From: Deltaproteobacteria bacterium
GTDB taxonomy: Bacteria; Myxococcota_A; Polyangia; JAAYKL01
Length of the DNA stretch: 64,000 nucleotides
Assembly (NCBI GenBank): GCA_028713995.1
Contig: JAQTNF010000008.1
Span: 450 to 64,449 of the forward strand
Direction: 5' to 3'
Both the position numbers and the translations under genes were made by a program. The notes beneath the pieces were generated by a model that saw only the letters and a program-made list of their open reading frames with translations, was not told the origin of the DNA and made no database searches. Shown in pieces: positions 50,262 through 58,716 of the stretch; the stretch's first letter is position 1; each line of letters opens with the position of its first letter.

Positions 50262-50513
50262 TCAGCCGTTCTTTGCCGCAGCGGTCGTGAGCCACGAGGC
50301 GATCTCCGCGAGCTTGGGGATGCGCCCCGAGCACTTCACCTCGCCGTCCACGACGAGCGCCGGCGTCATCATCACCCCGTACGCAATGATCTCATCCATC
50401 TTCTCGACCTTCTCGAGTTCCGCCGGCACGCCCGAGGCGGCGACCGCCTTCTCGGCCTCGGCAAAGAGCTTCTTGCACTTCGCGCAACCGGTTCCGAGCA
50501 CGAGCACCTTCAT
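50262..50513 (-). CDS. MTH895/ArsE-family small thioredoxin-like protein
   Basis: MKVLVLGTGCAKC, YGVMMTPALVVDGEV. Confidence 0.85.
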   Translation of the reverse strand: MKVLVLGTGCAKCKKLFAEAEKAVAASGVPAELEKVEKMDEIIAYGVMMTPALVVDGEVKCSGRIPKLAEIASWLTTAAAKNG

Positions 50514-50523
50514 TGCTGCCTCC

Positions 50524-51567
50524 TCAAAGAACAATGTTGAACACGTACCCGACCACCAGAATCCCGAGGCCCACCACGCCCGCGAACGTCGCGATGAGCG
50601 GGACCTTGAGCACCTTGCGCAGGATGATCATCTCGGGCAGCGACAGCCCGATCACCGACATCATGAACGCCAGCACGGTGCCCAGCGCCGCGCCCTTGCC
50701 GAGCAGCGCCTGCACGACGGGGATGATGCCGGCCGCGTTCGAGTACATCGGAATGCCGATCACCACGGCGAGGGGGACGGACCACCACGCGCCCTTGCCC
50801 ATGATCGAGGCCATGAAGTCCTGCGGCACGTAGCCGTGGATTGTGGCGCCGACCGCGATACCGGCCAGCACGTAGGGCCACACCTTGCCGACGATGTCCT
50901 TCACCGCGTCCCCGCCGAAGCGCACCCGGTCGTTCCAGGAGAGCGGCGCCTCGTCGCCGGCGAGCCCCACCCCGGACGCCGTCTCATAGACCCAACCCTC
51001 GACCCACCGTTCGAGCCGCAGCCTGCCGATGACCCAGCCCGCGACCATGGCGATGACGAGGCCCGTTCCCGCGTACAGCGCGGCCACCTTCCAGCCGAAC
51101 AGGCCGAACAGCAGCACGAGCGCGACCTCGTTGATCATGGGCGCCGCGATGAGGAACGAGAACGTCACCCCGAGCGGCACGCCCGTGGTCACGAAGCCGA
51201 TGAAGAGCGGCACGGCCGAGCAGGAGCAGAACGGCGTCACCACGCCGAGCAGCGAAGCCAGCACATTCCCCAACGTCTCGCGCTTGCCGGCCAGAATGCG
51301 GCGCGTCCGTTCCGGAGTGAAGAACGAGCGCACGATGCCCACGCCGAAGACGATCACGGTGAGCAGCATCATCACCTTGGGCGCCTCGAAGACGAAGAAC
51401 GCGACTGTCTTCGCCAAGCGGTTGCCGGCAGCCATCCCGAGCAGGCCGTAAGTGAGCCACTTCGCGAACGACTCCAGGTGGTCGTAGATGAGCCACCACG
51501 CGCACGCCCCGAGAGCGACGAGAAGGACGACCAGCCACGTCCGGCGCGGGCGTCGTGTTGCGCTCAT
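50524..51567 (-). CDS. arsP: DUF318/ArsP-family permease
   Basis: [47 protein letters not shown]. Confidence 0.85.
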   Translation of the reverse strand: MSATRRPRRTWLVVLLVALGACAWWLIYDHLESFAKWLTYGLLGMAAGNRLAKTVAFFVFEAPKVMMLLTVIVFGVGIVRSFFTPERTRRILAGKRETLGNVLASLLGVVTPFCSCSAVPLFIGFVTTGVPLGVTFSFLIAAPMINEVALVLLFGLFGWKVAALYAGTGLVIAMVAGWVIGRLRLERWVEGWVYETASGVGLAGDEAPLSWNDRVRFGGDAVKDIVGKVWPYVLAGIAVGATIHGYVPQDFMASIMGKGAWWSVPLAVVIGIPMYSNAAGIIPVVQALLGKGAALGTVLAFMMSVIGLSLPEMIILRKVLKVPLIATFAGVVGLGILVVGYVFNIVL

Positions 51568-52628
51568 CGCACCTCGCCCGGCCACCACCTGCGCCGCAGC
51601 CACAGCGCCACGTTGACGAGCGCGATGAGCGCCGGCACCTCGACGAGCGGGCCGATCACCGCGGCGAAGGCGGCGCCGTGGTTGATGCCGAACGTCGCGA
51701 TGGCCACCGCGATGGCCAGCTCGAAGTTGTTGGACGCGGCCGTGAACGAGAGCGTGGCCGACTGGCCGTAGGTCGCGCCGACCTTCCTGCTCATGTAGAA
51801 AGAGACGAAGAACATCACCACGAAGTACACGAGCAGGGGGATCGCGATCCGCACCACGTCCAGCGGGAGCTGCACGATGACCTCGCCCTTGAGCGAGAAC
51901 ATCACCACGATGGTGAAGAGCAGCGCGACGAGCGTGATCGGGCTCACCTTCGGAATGAACCTGGTGTGGTACCACTCCTTGCTCTTGAGCCTGATGAGCG
52001 TGAAGCGCGTGATGACCCCGGCCAGGAACGGGATGCCCAAATAGATGAAGACGCTCTTCGCGATCTCGCCCATGGTGATGTCGACCGCCACGCCCTTGAG
52101 TCCGAACCAGGTCGGCAACACCGTGATGAACACGTAGGCGTAGACCGAGAAGAACAGCACCTGGAAGACCGAGTTGAACGCCACGAGGCCCGCGCAGTAC
52201 TCGGCGTCGCCCTTGGCGAGGTCGTTCCACACGATGACCATGGCGATGCAGCGGGCGAGCCCGATCATGATGAGCCCGACCATGTACTCGGGCTTGTCCG
52301 AGAGGAACAGCACGGCCAGGCCGAACATGAGGATCGGCCCCACGACCCAGTTCTGGACCAGCGACAACCCGAGGACCTTGGTGTTGCGGAAGACCGGGCC
52401 CATCTCCTCGTAGCGCACCTTGGCGAGCGGCGGGTACATCATCAGGATGAGGCCGATGGCGATGGGGACCGACGTGGTCCCCACGTTGAACTGGTTCAAG
52501 AACGGGACGACGCCCGGGAACAGGTACCCCCCGCCGACGCCCACTCCCATGGCGAGGAAGATCCACAGCGTGAGGTAGCGGTCGAGGAAGGAGAGGCGCC
52601 TCGCGACGCCGGCATGCTCTTCGGTCAT
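51564..52628 (-). CDS. acr3: ACR3-family arsenite efflux transporter
   Basis: [57 protein letters not shown]. Confidence 0.93.
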   Translation of the reverse strand: MTEEHAGVARRLSFLDRYLTLWIFLAMGVGVGGGYLFPGVVPFLNQFNVGTTSVPIAIGLILMMYPPLAKVRYEEMGPVFRNTKVLGLSLVQNWVVGPILMFGLAVLFLSDKPEYMVGLIMIGLARCIAMVIVWNDLAKGDAEYCAGLVAFNSVFQVLFFSVYAYVFITVLPTWFGLKGVAVDITMGEIAKSVFIYLGIPFLAGVITRFTLIRLKSKEWYHTRFIPKVSPITLVALLFTIVVMFSLKGEVIVQLPLDVVRIAIPLLVYFVVMFFVSFYMSRKVGATYGQSATLSFTAASNNFELAIAVAIATFGINHGAAFAAVIGPLVEVPALIALVNVALWLRRRWWPGEVR

Positions 52629-52975
52629 GGTTTGCATCCCTCGCGCGATTTGCGCTTGAGCCAGGCGTCGAGCTTGCGCTCGAGCCCGCCGAGCCGGGGT
52701 CGGTCGAAGGTGCGACGCGCGGCCGTGACGATGGCGCGCTGCTCGCGGGTGAGGCCCTTTGCGACCCGGTAGTGGACCCACAGGCCGTCCCGGCGGTCGT
52801 CGAGGAGCCCGGTGTTCTTGAGGTAGCGCAGATGCCGCGATGCCTTGGACTGCGTGATCGAGAGGACCTCGGTGAGATCGCACACGCACAGCTCCCCGCG
52901 GGCCAGGATGAGCGCCAGCATGGCAAGACGCGTCTCGTCCGCCAGGGCCTTGAAGGTCTGTGCCAGATCCCGCAT
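52625..52975 (-). CDS. arsR: ArsR/SmtB-family metalloregulator
   Basis: [18 protein letters not shown] (CVC site), [15 protein letters not shown]. Confidence 0.92.
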   Translation of the reverse strand: MRDLAQTFKALADETRLAMLALILARGELCVCDLTEVLSITQSKASRHLRYLKNTGLLDDRRDGLWVHYRVAKGLTREQRAIVTAARRTFDRPRLGGLERKLDAWLKRKSREGCKP

Positions 52976-52981
52976 GGCGCA

Positions 52982-53007
52982 TCTATAACCGTTTAAGCGG
53001 TTATAGA
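52982..53007. promoter_or_regulatory. ArsR-type operator overlapping the ars promoter
   Basis: TCTATAACCG-TTTAAG-CGGTTATAGA perfect 10-bp inverted repeat; minus strand TTGTCT-N17-TATAGA. Confidence 0.8.
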
Positions 53008-53030
53008 CAACAAGAGCGTGGCGAGAGTGT

Positions 53031-53684
53031 CTACGCGCCCTTCCCGTCCTCTTCGGGGGGGGGCGCGTGACGGCGCTCGTGGTAGCCGGTGATCATGAGC
53101 TCGAAGTGGCTCGAGGGCTTCTCGCCCGTGGTGGCGAGGTACACGTGGATGATGACGAACACGGCCGAGAGGAACGTGGCCACGGTGTGCAGCATGAAGA
53201 TGAGGTAGCGCTCATGCCCGGCCTGGACCGTGACCGTGGTCAGCACGTGCAGCATGTACAGGCCGCTCGCGATCTGGAAGGGCACCACGAGCCCCATGAT
53301 GCCGAGGTAGGTCCACTTCTGGAGCGGGTTGAACTTGCGGTCCACGCTCACCTCGAACGGGGGCTCTTCGCCGCGGAAGATCCCGAACAGGTAGAAGCGC
53401 GCCTGGCGCAGGATGCCCGAAAGCAGGTCGTCCCTGTTCGGCAGGTAGTAGCGGATGCGGCGGGTGAAGAGGTTGTAGAGGAGGAAGACGGCCCAGTCGA
53501 TGGACACGAGCACGCCCGTGACATTGTGGATCTTGACCGCGTGCTCCACCGAGCCGAGCACGTTGAACTCGCGCGTGAAATGGATGTTGAGCCCGGACAG
53601 GATCAAGATCAGGATGCCGACGACGTGGATCCAGTGCCAGATGCGGTCCACGAGCGTGGCCACATAGATGCGTTCGGTCGTCAT
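53031..53684 (-). CDS. Diheme cytochrome b (hydrogenase/formate dehydrogenase b-type; CbcB-like)
   Basis: RIWHW, KIHN, KFNPLQK, FMLH, IIHVYLA; about 4 TM helices. Confidence 0.85.
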   Translation of the reverse strand: MTTERIYVATLVDRIWHWIHVVGILILILSGLNIHFTREFNVLGSVEHAVKIHNVTGVLVSIDWAVFLLYNLFTRRIRYYLPNRDDLLSGILRQARFYLFGIFRGEEPPFEVSVDRKFNPLQKWTYLGIMGLVVPFQIASGLYMLHVLTTVTVQAGHERYLIFMLHTVATFLSAVFVIIHVYLATTGEKPSSHFELMITGYHERRHAPPPEEDGKGA

Positions 53685-54511
53685 GGCTTCCTTCTCCTCT
53701 TCGCGTTCACGACCCTAAGGAGCGCGTGGCCGAGCGCGCCGAGGAGCGTGACCGCCACGAGCGCGAGCCCGCCGCGGTCGAGCAGGGGGTCACGGGTGGC
53801 GCCGCTCATGTAGAAGTTCTTGAGCATGTCCTCCTTGGTCATCCGGTGGCCGGGCTTGTCGCCGATGTTGGCGAGGTAGCTCACCATCTTGCCCTCGGGC
53901 GAGTGGCAGTCCTCGCAGGCGTGGCTCGACTCCTTTTTGCTCAGGATCTTGTGCTTGAATGCCGGCTCCAGCATCCCCTTCTCGGGCTTCGTGTGGCACG
54001 CGATGCACGTGGCGTTGCGGATGTGCAGCGCGGCCATGGGGTGCCACGCATGGCGCTCTTCGAGCGTCCTGCCGGCCTTGTCCTTCTCGTGGCAGTGGAT
54101 GCACATGGCGTTGCGCTCGACGCGGGTCATTTCGCTGCCGGGCCGCACATAGTGCGTCGAATGGCACGCGCCGCAAGGCATGGGCTTCCCGTTCTTGATG
54201 AAGTGGACGCTCTCGGTCATCTCCTTGTCGATGGCCTTGAACTTGGGCCCGTCGTGGCAGTCGAGGCAACCGGGCTTGGGATCGGCCATGTGCGGGTAGT
54301 TGCCGAAGCCCGACGAGTGGCAGTCCGAGCAGCCCATTTTGGCAAGCCGGGAGTGCACCGACGCCTTGAACCTGTCGAAATCCACGAAAAGCTCGCGGTT
54401 GCCGTGGCAGCGCTCGCACTCCGGCGTGGGGATCGTGGGCGGCGCCGGAGGTCCGGCGTCCGGCGCGCTCGCGAAGATGGTCGATACGGCGATGAGGATT
54501 GCGAGGTCCAT
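53681..54511 (-). CDS. Heptaheme cytochrome c with C-terminal membrane anchor (CbcA-like)
   Basis: Seven CxxCH motifs (CERCH, CSDCH, CLDCH, CGACH, CIHCH, CIACH, CEDCH), signal peptide, C-terminal TM helix. Confidence 0.88.
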   Translation of the reverse strand: MDLAILIAVSTIFASAPDAGPPAPPTIPTPECERCHGNRELFVDFDRFKASVHSRLAKMGCSDCHSSGFGNYPHMADPKPGCLDCHDGPKFKAIDKEMTESVHFIKNGKPMPCGACHSTHYVRPGSEMTRVERNAMCIHCHEKDKAGRTLEERHAWHPMAALHIRNATCIACHTKPEKGMLEPAFKHKILSKKESSHACEDCHSPEGKMVSYLANIGDKPGHRMTKEDMLKNFYMSGATRDPLLDRGGLALVAVTLLGALGHALLRVVNAKRRRKP

Positions 54512-54648
54512 GGCAGGTTGTAATCTCTCCTTTTGCTATCGAAAAACAGGAGGAGCATAGTGCAACGATCCGGGGCCTGCAAGCATTGACACGATCGTCG
54601 GGGTCTTGCTTTGTATGGGCGGGACTCTTTGGAGAGGGAGAAGGCACT

Positions 54649-55629
54649 ATGAAGGTCGGACTGACCTACGACTTGCGGGCGGACTACCTCGCGGAAGGCT
54701 ACGGCGAGGAGGAGACCGCCGAGTTCGATCGCCCCGACACGATCGAGGCCATTGAAGGGGCGCTCAAGGAGCTGGGCTACGGGACCGAGCGGATCGGCAA
54801 CGTGCGCGCGCTCGCCGCGAGGCTCGTGGCCGGCTCGAGATGGGACGTCGTCTTCAACATCTGCGAGGGCATGCACGGCATCGCCCGGGAGGCGCAGGTC
54901 CCGGCCCTGCTCGACGCCTACGGCATCCCGTGCACGTTCTCGGACGCGACTGTCATGGCCCTCACCATGCACAAGGGCCTGACCAAGCACGTGCTGCGCG
55001 ACCAGGGGATCCCCACGGCCGACTTCCATGTCGTGGAGACGCAGGACGACGTCGCGCGCGTCGATCTTCCGTACCCGCTCTTTGCCAAGCCCGTGGCCGA
55101 AGGCACCGGCAAGGGCGTGAGCGCCAGGTCCAAGATCGCGTCGAAGAAGGATCTCGACGAGGTCTGCCGGCAGCTCCTCGCCACTTACAGGCAGCCCGTG
55201 CTGGTCGAGACGTTCCTGCCGGGGCGCGAGTACACCGTGGGCGTGGTGGGCACGGGAGAGGACACGCGGGCGCTCGGCACAGTGGAGGTCGTGCTGCGCG
55301 AGAACGCCGAGTCAGACGCCTATTCGTACGTCAACAAGGAGAAGTGCGAGGACCTCGTGCTCTACCTGCTCGCGAACGACGGGAACGCGGCGCAATGCAT
55401 GGAGCTCTCGGTCAGGGCGTGGCGCGGGCTCGGATGCCGGGACGCAGGAAGGATCGACTTCCGCCTCGACGCCGAGGGCCAACCCTGCCTGATGGAGCTC
55501 AATCCGCTCGCCGGGCTGCACCCAGAGCACTCGGATCTCCCCATCATCTGCAACCGCCTCGATATCCCCTACGTGGAGCTCATCCGCATGATCATGGACT
55601 CGGCGGTGCGCAGGGTCGCGCGAAAATGA
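54649..55629 (+). CDS. D-Ala-D-Ala ligase-like ATP-grasp enzyme (copy 1)
   Basis: VFNICEG, FAKPVAEGTGKGV, VETFLPGREYTV, GRIDFR, ELNPLAGL. Confidence 0.85.
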   Translation: MKVGLTYDLRADYLAEGYGEEETAEFDRPDTIEAIEGALKELGYGTERIGNVRALAARLVAGSRWDVVFNICEGMHGIAREAQVPALLDAYGIPCTFSDATVMALTMHKGLTKHVLRDQGIPTADFHVVETQDDVARVDLPYPLFAKPVAEGTGKGVSARSKIASKKDLDEVCRQLLATYRQPVLVETFLPGREYTVGVVGTGEDTRALGTVEVVLRENAESDAYSYVNKEKCEDLVLYLLANDGNAAQCMELSVRAWRGLGCRDAGRIDFRLDAEGQPCLMELNPLAGLHPEHSDLPIICNRLDIPYVELIRMIMDSAVRRVARK

Positions 55630-56609
55630 CGGCAGCGCGCGTCGCCGTCATCCACGACCGGCTGACCGAGGCGTCGAGCAAGGACGCCCTCGACGTGCTC
55701 GAGCAGGTCGCGGTGGTGTCGAAGGCGCTCGAGGCGCTCGGCTTTGTCCCCGAGGTCGTGCCGTTCTCGCTCGATCTTCCGCGCTTCATGGGCGAGATGA
55801 GCGCGCTTGGGCCGCTCTTCGCGTTCAACCTGGTCGAGTCGGTGGAGGGCGACGGCCGGCTGATCCACCTCGCGCCCGCGCTGCTCGAGCACATGGGCGT
55901 GCCGTACAGCGGGAGCCCGGCCGAAGCGGTCTTCGTCACGTCGAGCAAGCTGCTCACGAAGCGCGCGCTCCAAGCCCACGGCATCGACACGCCGCCCTGG
56001 ACGAGCCTTGAGGACGGAGACGGCTTCCTCGGGCGGGACGGGCGCGGGCCTCTCCTGTTCAAGCCCGTGTGGGAGCACGCATCGATCGGCATGGACGAGA
56101 GCGCGTTCGTGGACGGGGTCGACGAGGCGCTGGTGCGCGAGACCCTGCTCAAAAGGGACGCGAGGGCCGGCAGGCGGCACTTCGCCGAGGCGTACATCGA
56201 GGGGCGCGAGTTCAACGTGGCCCTCCTGGCCGGCGAGGTGCTGCCGGTCCCGGAGATCCGGTTCGTCGACTACCCCGAGGGCAAGCCCAAGGTCGTGGAC
56301 TACCGGGCCAAGTGGGAGGAGGGCTCGTTCGAGTACTCGCACACGCCGCGTTCTTTCGATCTTGCCGATGACGACGCGCCGATCGTCGAACGCCTGCGCG
56401 ACGTGGCGCTCAGGTGTTGGCGCCTGTTCCATCTGCGCGGGTACGCGCGGGTCGATTTCCGTGTCGACGGGAGCGGCCGTCCGTGGGTCCTCGAGGTCAA
56501 CGTGAACCCCTGCCTCTCGCCCGACGCGGGTTTTTACGCCTCCGCCGAAAGGGCCGGGCTCGACTTCACCCGGGTGGTGAAGAGGATCGTCGATGACATC
56601 GCACGTTGA
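55626..56609 (+). CDS. D-Ala-D-Ala ligase-like ATP-grasp enzyme (copy 2)
   Basis: FNLVES, PYSGS, FKPVWEHASIG, EAYIEGREFNV, YRAKW, GYARVDFR, EVNVNPCLSP. Confidence 0.85.
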   Translation: MTAARVAVIHDRLTEASSKDALDVLEQVAVVSKALEALGFVPEVVPFSLDLPRFMGEMSALGPLFAFNLVESVEGDGRLIHLAPALLEHMGVPYSGSPAEAVFVTSSKLLTKRALQAHGIDTPPWTSLEDGDGFLGRDGRGPLLFKPVWEHASIGMDESAFVDGVDEALVRETLLKRDARAGRRHFAEAYIEGREFNVALLAGEVLPVPEIRFVDYPEGKPKVVDYRAKWEEGSFEYSHTPRSFDLADDDAPIVERLRDVALRCWRLFHLRGYARVDFRVDGSGRPWVLEVNVNPCLSPDAGFYASAERAGLDFTRVVKRIVDDIAR

Positions 56610-57093
56610 CTCGCAGCTTGCGTACCGCGAGAGCGTCGTGCCGCGGGATCGCGGCGACGTCCGCGAGATCGTCGAGTCGAGCGGGTTCTTCCACGACTTC
56701 GAGGTGGACGTGGCGATCGAGCTCATCGACGACGCGCTCGCAAAGGGGGAGCGCAGCGAGTACCTCTTCGTCTTCGCCGAGCGCGACGGGCGCACCGTGG
56801 GCTACTCCTGCTACGGCGAGATCGCCTGCACGCGCGGGAGCTACGACCTGTACTGGATCGCGGTGCGCGAGGAGCATCGGGCCTCGGGGATCGGAGGGCG
56901 GCTGCTCGCGTTCACCGAGGAGCGCATCGCCGCGCGCGGCGGGCGGGCGATCTGGGTCGAGACCTCCTCGAAGCCCAAGTACGAGCCCACGCTGCGGTTC
57001 TACGCCCGCGCGGGGTACGAGATCGCGGCCGTGCTCAAGGATTTCTACGCGGTGGGCGACGACAAGGTGGTCTTCGTCAAAAGGCTTGGCTAG
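56593..57093 (+). CDS. GNAT family N-acetyltransferase
   Basis: YDLYWIAV...RASGIGGRLL, WVETSS..Y..T.RFY...GY. Confidence 0.88.
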   Translation: MTSHVDSQLAYRESVVPRDRGDVREIVESSGFFHDFEVDVAIELIDDALAKGERSEYLFVFAERDGRTVGYSCYGEIACTRGSYDLYWIAVREEHRASGIGGRLLAFTEERIAARGGRAIWVETSSKPKYEPTLRFYARAGYEIAAVLKDFYAVGDDKVVFVKRLG

Positions 57094-58691
57094 CCGAGGA
57101 TCTTCTTGAGGAAACCCTTCTTGTCCGACTTGTCGTCGCGCTTCCTCATGTCCATGATGCGGACCTCGCGGGCCGCCTCGATGTTCTTGGAGTTCACCTC
57201 GACGACCTTCTGGAAGTGGGTCTTGGCCTCGGCCGTGTGGCCGATGCGCTTGAGCAGCTGGCCCAGGAAGAGGTGGGCGCGCTCGGACCGCGGGTTCTGC
57301 TCGATGACGTGGCGCAGCCTGTCGATGAGGTCGTCGACCGCCGCGTCGGCCGGGCGCAGCTTTGCCTCGAGGAACACGTAGACGGTCAGGTACTCGCCCT
57401 CCTCGGGCTTCACGTCGCGCGCCTGCTGCACGAGCTCCATGGCCTTCTCGTTCTGGCCCCGGCGCATGAGCACGAGCGCCTTCTGGAAGGCGTTCTCGGC
57501 CGCCGCGGCGTCGCGGACCGGATCGCCTCCCCCGCTGTTGGACCGCGGGATGATGGATGCGCGCTTCTTGCCCTCGGCGAGCGTGTGCTCGTAGCCCTCG
57601 CGCAACTCGGGATCAATGAGCGTGGCGTTGGCCTCGGCCAGGTTGGAGAAGATGTACTCCAGGATGTCGCGAAGATCCTGGCGCTCCGGGCTCGCGGCGC
57701 GGTCCGGGTGGAACTCCTTGGCCAGGCGGAAGTACGCCTTTCGCAGATCCTCGACCGTGGCGTCGGTCTTGACCCCGAGCATTTCGAAGAAGTTCTGGGA
57801 CGCGATGGCCGCCGCCTTCTGCTGCACGGCCTTGCGGTAGGCCGTGGCCTCGGGGCTCAAGGACGACTCCGGGGCCGCCGTCGCCGGCGCGACGGAATCG
57901 AAGACGCTCGTCCTCCTCTCCCGCGCGGGCGCCTCGACTTCCGGCGGCTCGTCTTCCACCTTGAGCTCCTTGGTGATGAGCAGGACGTACAGGAGGTGCT
58001 GCAGCATCTGCCGCTCGTAGCGTCCCGACTTCACGAGCAGGTCGTACGACATGGCGCCGCCGAGCAGCTCGGCGCACACCTCCCGCTCGGCCTTGTTCAG
58101 CCGGAAGCGCCGCAGCGATTCGAGCGATGGGGTCGAGATCCAGCGGCCGTCGAGCGCCGCGAGCACCGGCGCGGTGCGCTGGCGCTGACCGTGCACGCGC
58201 GTGGCCGCGAGCAGGACCGGGTACGGGTCGAGGGGGAAGACCTCGTCCGCGCCGTAGCCCATGAGCAGGTTCACCTTGTCGTAGAACGCGTACCGCGCGT
58301 CGGTCATGGTGAACACGTCGACGATCTTGAGCAGGAGCTGCTCGCGCAGGCCCCTGAGCAAGGTGCGCGCGTCGATGAAGCCCCTCCGGATCAGGATCTC
58401 GCCCTGCAGCCCGCCGCGTTCGACCATCTCGCGCTGGCATTCCTTGTGCTGCTGTTCGTTGATGAGCTTGAGGTCGAACAGGATCTGCCCGAGACCCTTG
58501 CCCTCGAAGGACGAGCGCACCTTGGCCGGGGCTCCGTCCCGGAAGTAGATCGTGACCGTATCGAGGGTGCCGCGCACCTCGAGCGTCCCGCTCATCCGTT
58601 TGTTGTTGAGATAGACGACGATGTGCGCGAACGGCGTCTGCGAGAAGCTTCCCTGCGCGACGGGGCTCAGCCCCTGGACGGACGACGACAT
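57090..58691 (-). CDS. J-domain protein: DUF4388/PATAN-like N-terminus + DnaJ domain + TPR
   Basis: SGTLEV..IYFRDGAP; FEMLGV..KAYFRLAKEFHPDR; C-terminal TPR pattern (AHLFLG..AK.HF..V). Confidence 0.8.
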   Translation of the reverse strand: MSSSVQGLSPVAQGSFSQTPFAHIVVYLNNKRMSGTLEVRGTLDTVTIYFRDGAPAKVRSSFEGKGLGQILFDLKLINEQQHKECQREMVERGGLQGEILIRRGFIDARTLLRGLREQLLLKIVDVFTMTDARYAFYDKVNLLMGYGADEVFPLDPYPVLLAATRVHGQRQRTAPVLAALDGRWISTPSLESLRRFRLNKAEREVCAELLGGAMSYDLLVKSGRYERQMLQHLLYVLLITKELKVEDEPPEVEAPARERRTSVFDSVAPATAAPESSLSPEATAYRKAVQQKAAAIASQNFFEMLGVKTDATVEDLRKAYFRLAKEFHPDRAASPERQDLRDILEYIFSNLAEANATLIDPELREGYEHTLAEGKKRASIIPRSNSGGGDPVRDAAAAENAFQKALVLMRRGQNEKAMELVQQARDVKPEEGEYLTVYVFLEAKLRPADAAVDDLIDRLRHVIEQNPRSERAHLFLGQLLKRIGHTAEAKTHFQKVVEVNSKNIEAAREVRIMDMRKRDDKSDKKGFLKKILG

Positions 58692-58716
58692 GCAAAGACC
58701 CTCCCTTGACCGGCCT

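Noticed and set aside
50524-52926. 800-aa ORF suggesting an arsR/acr3/arsP fusion
   Set aside because: The upstream part is an off-frame read of acr3; three separate genes with ATGA overlaps explain the region
49123-54511. Selenocysteine or stop read-through in the redox genes
   Set aside because: All Cys motifs are encoded normally; no in-frame TGA with continuing homology was noticed
54649-56609. Calling the two ligases the housekeeping ddl or a van-type resistance ligase
   Set aside because: Ddl substrate-binding motifs are missing; no mur/dcw or vanHX context
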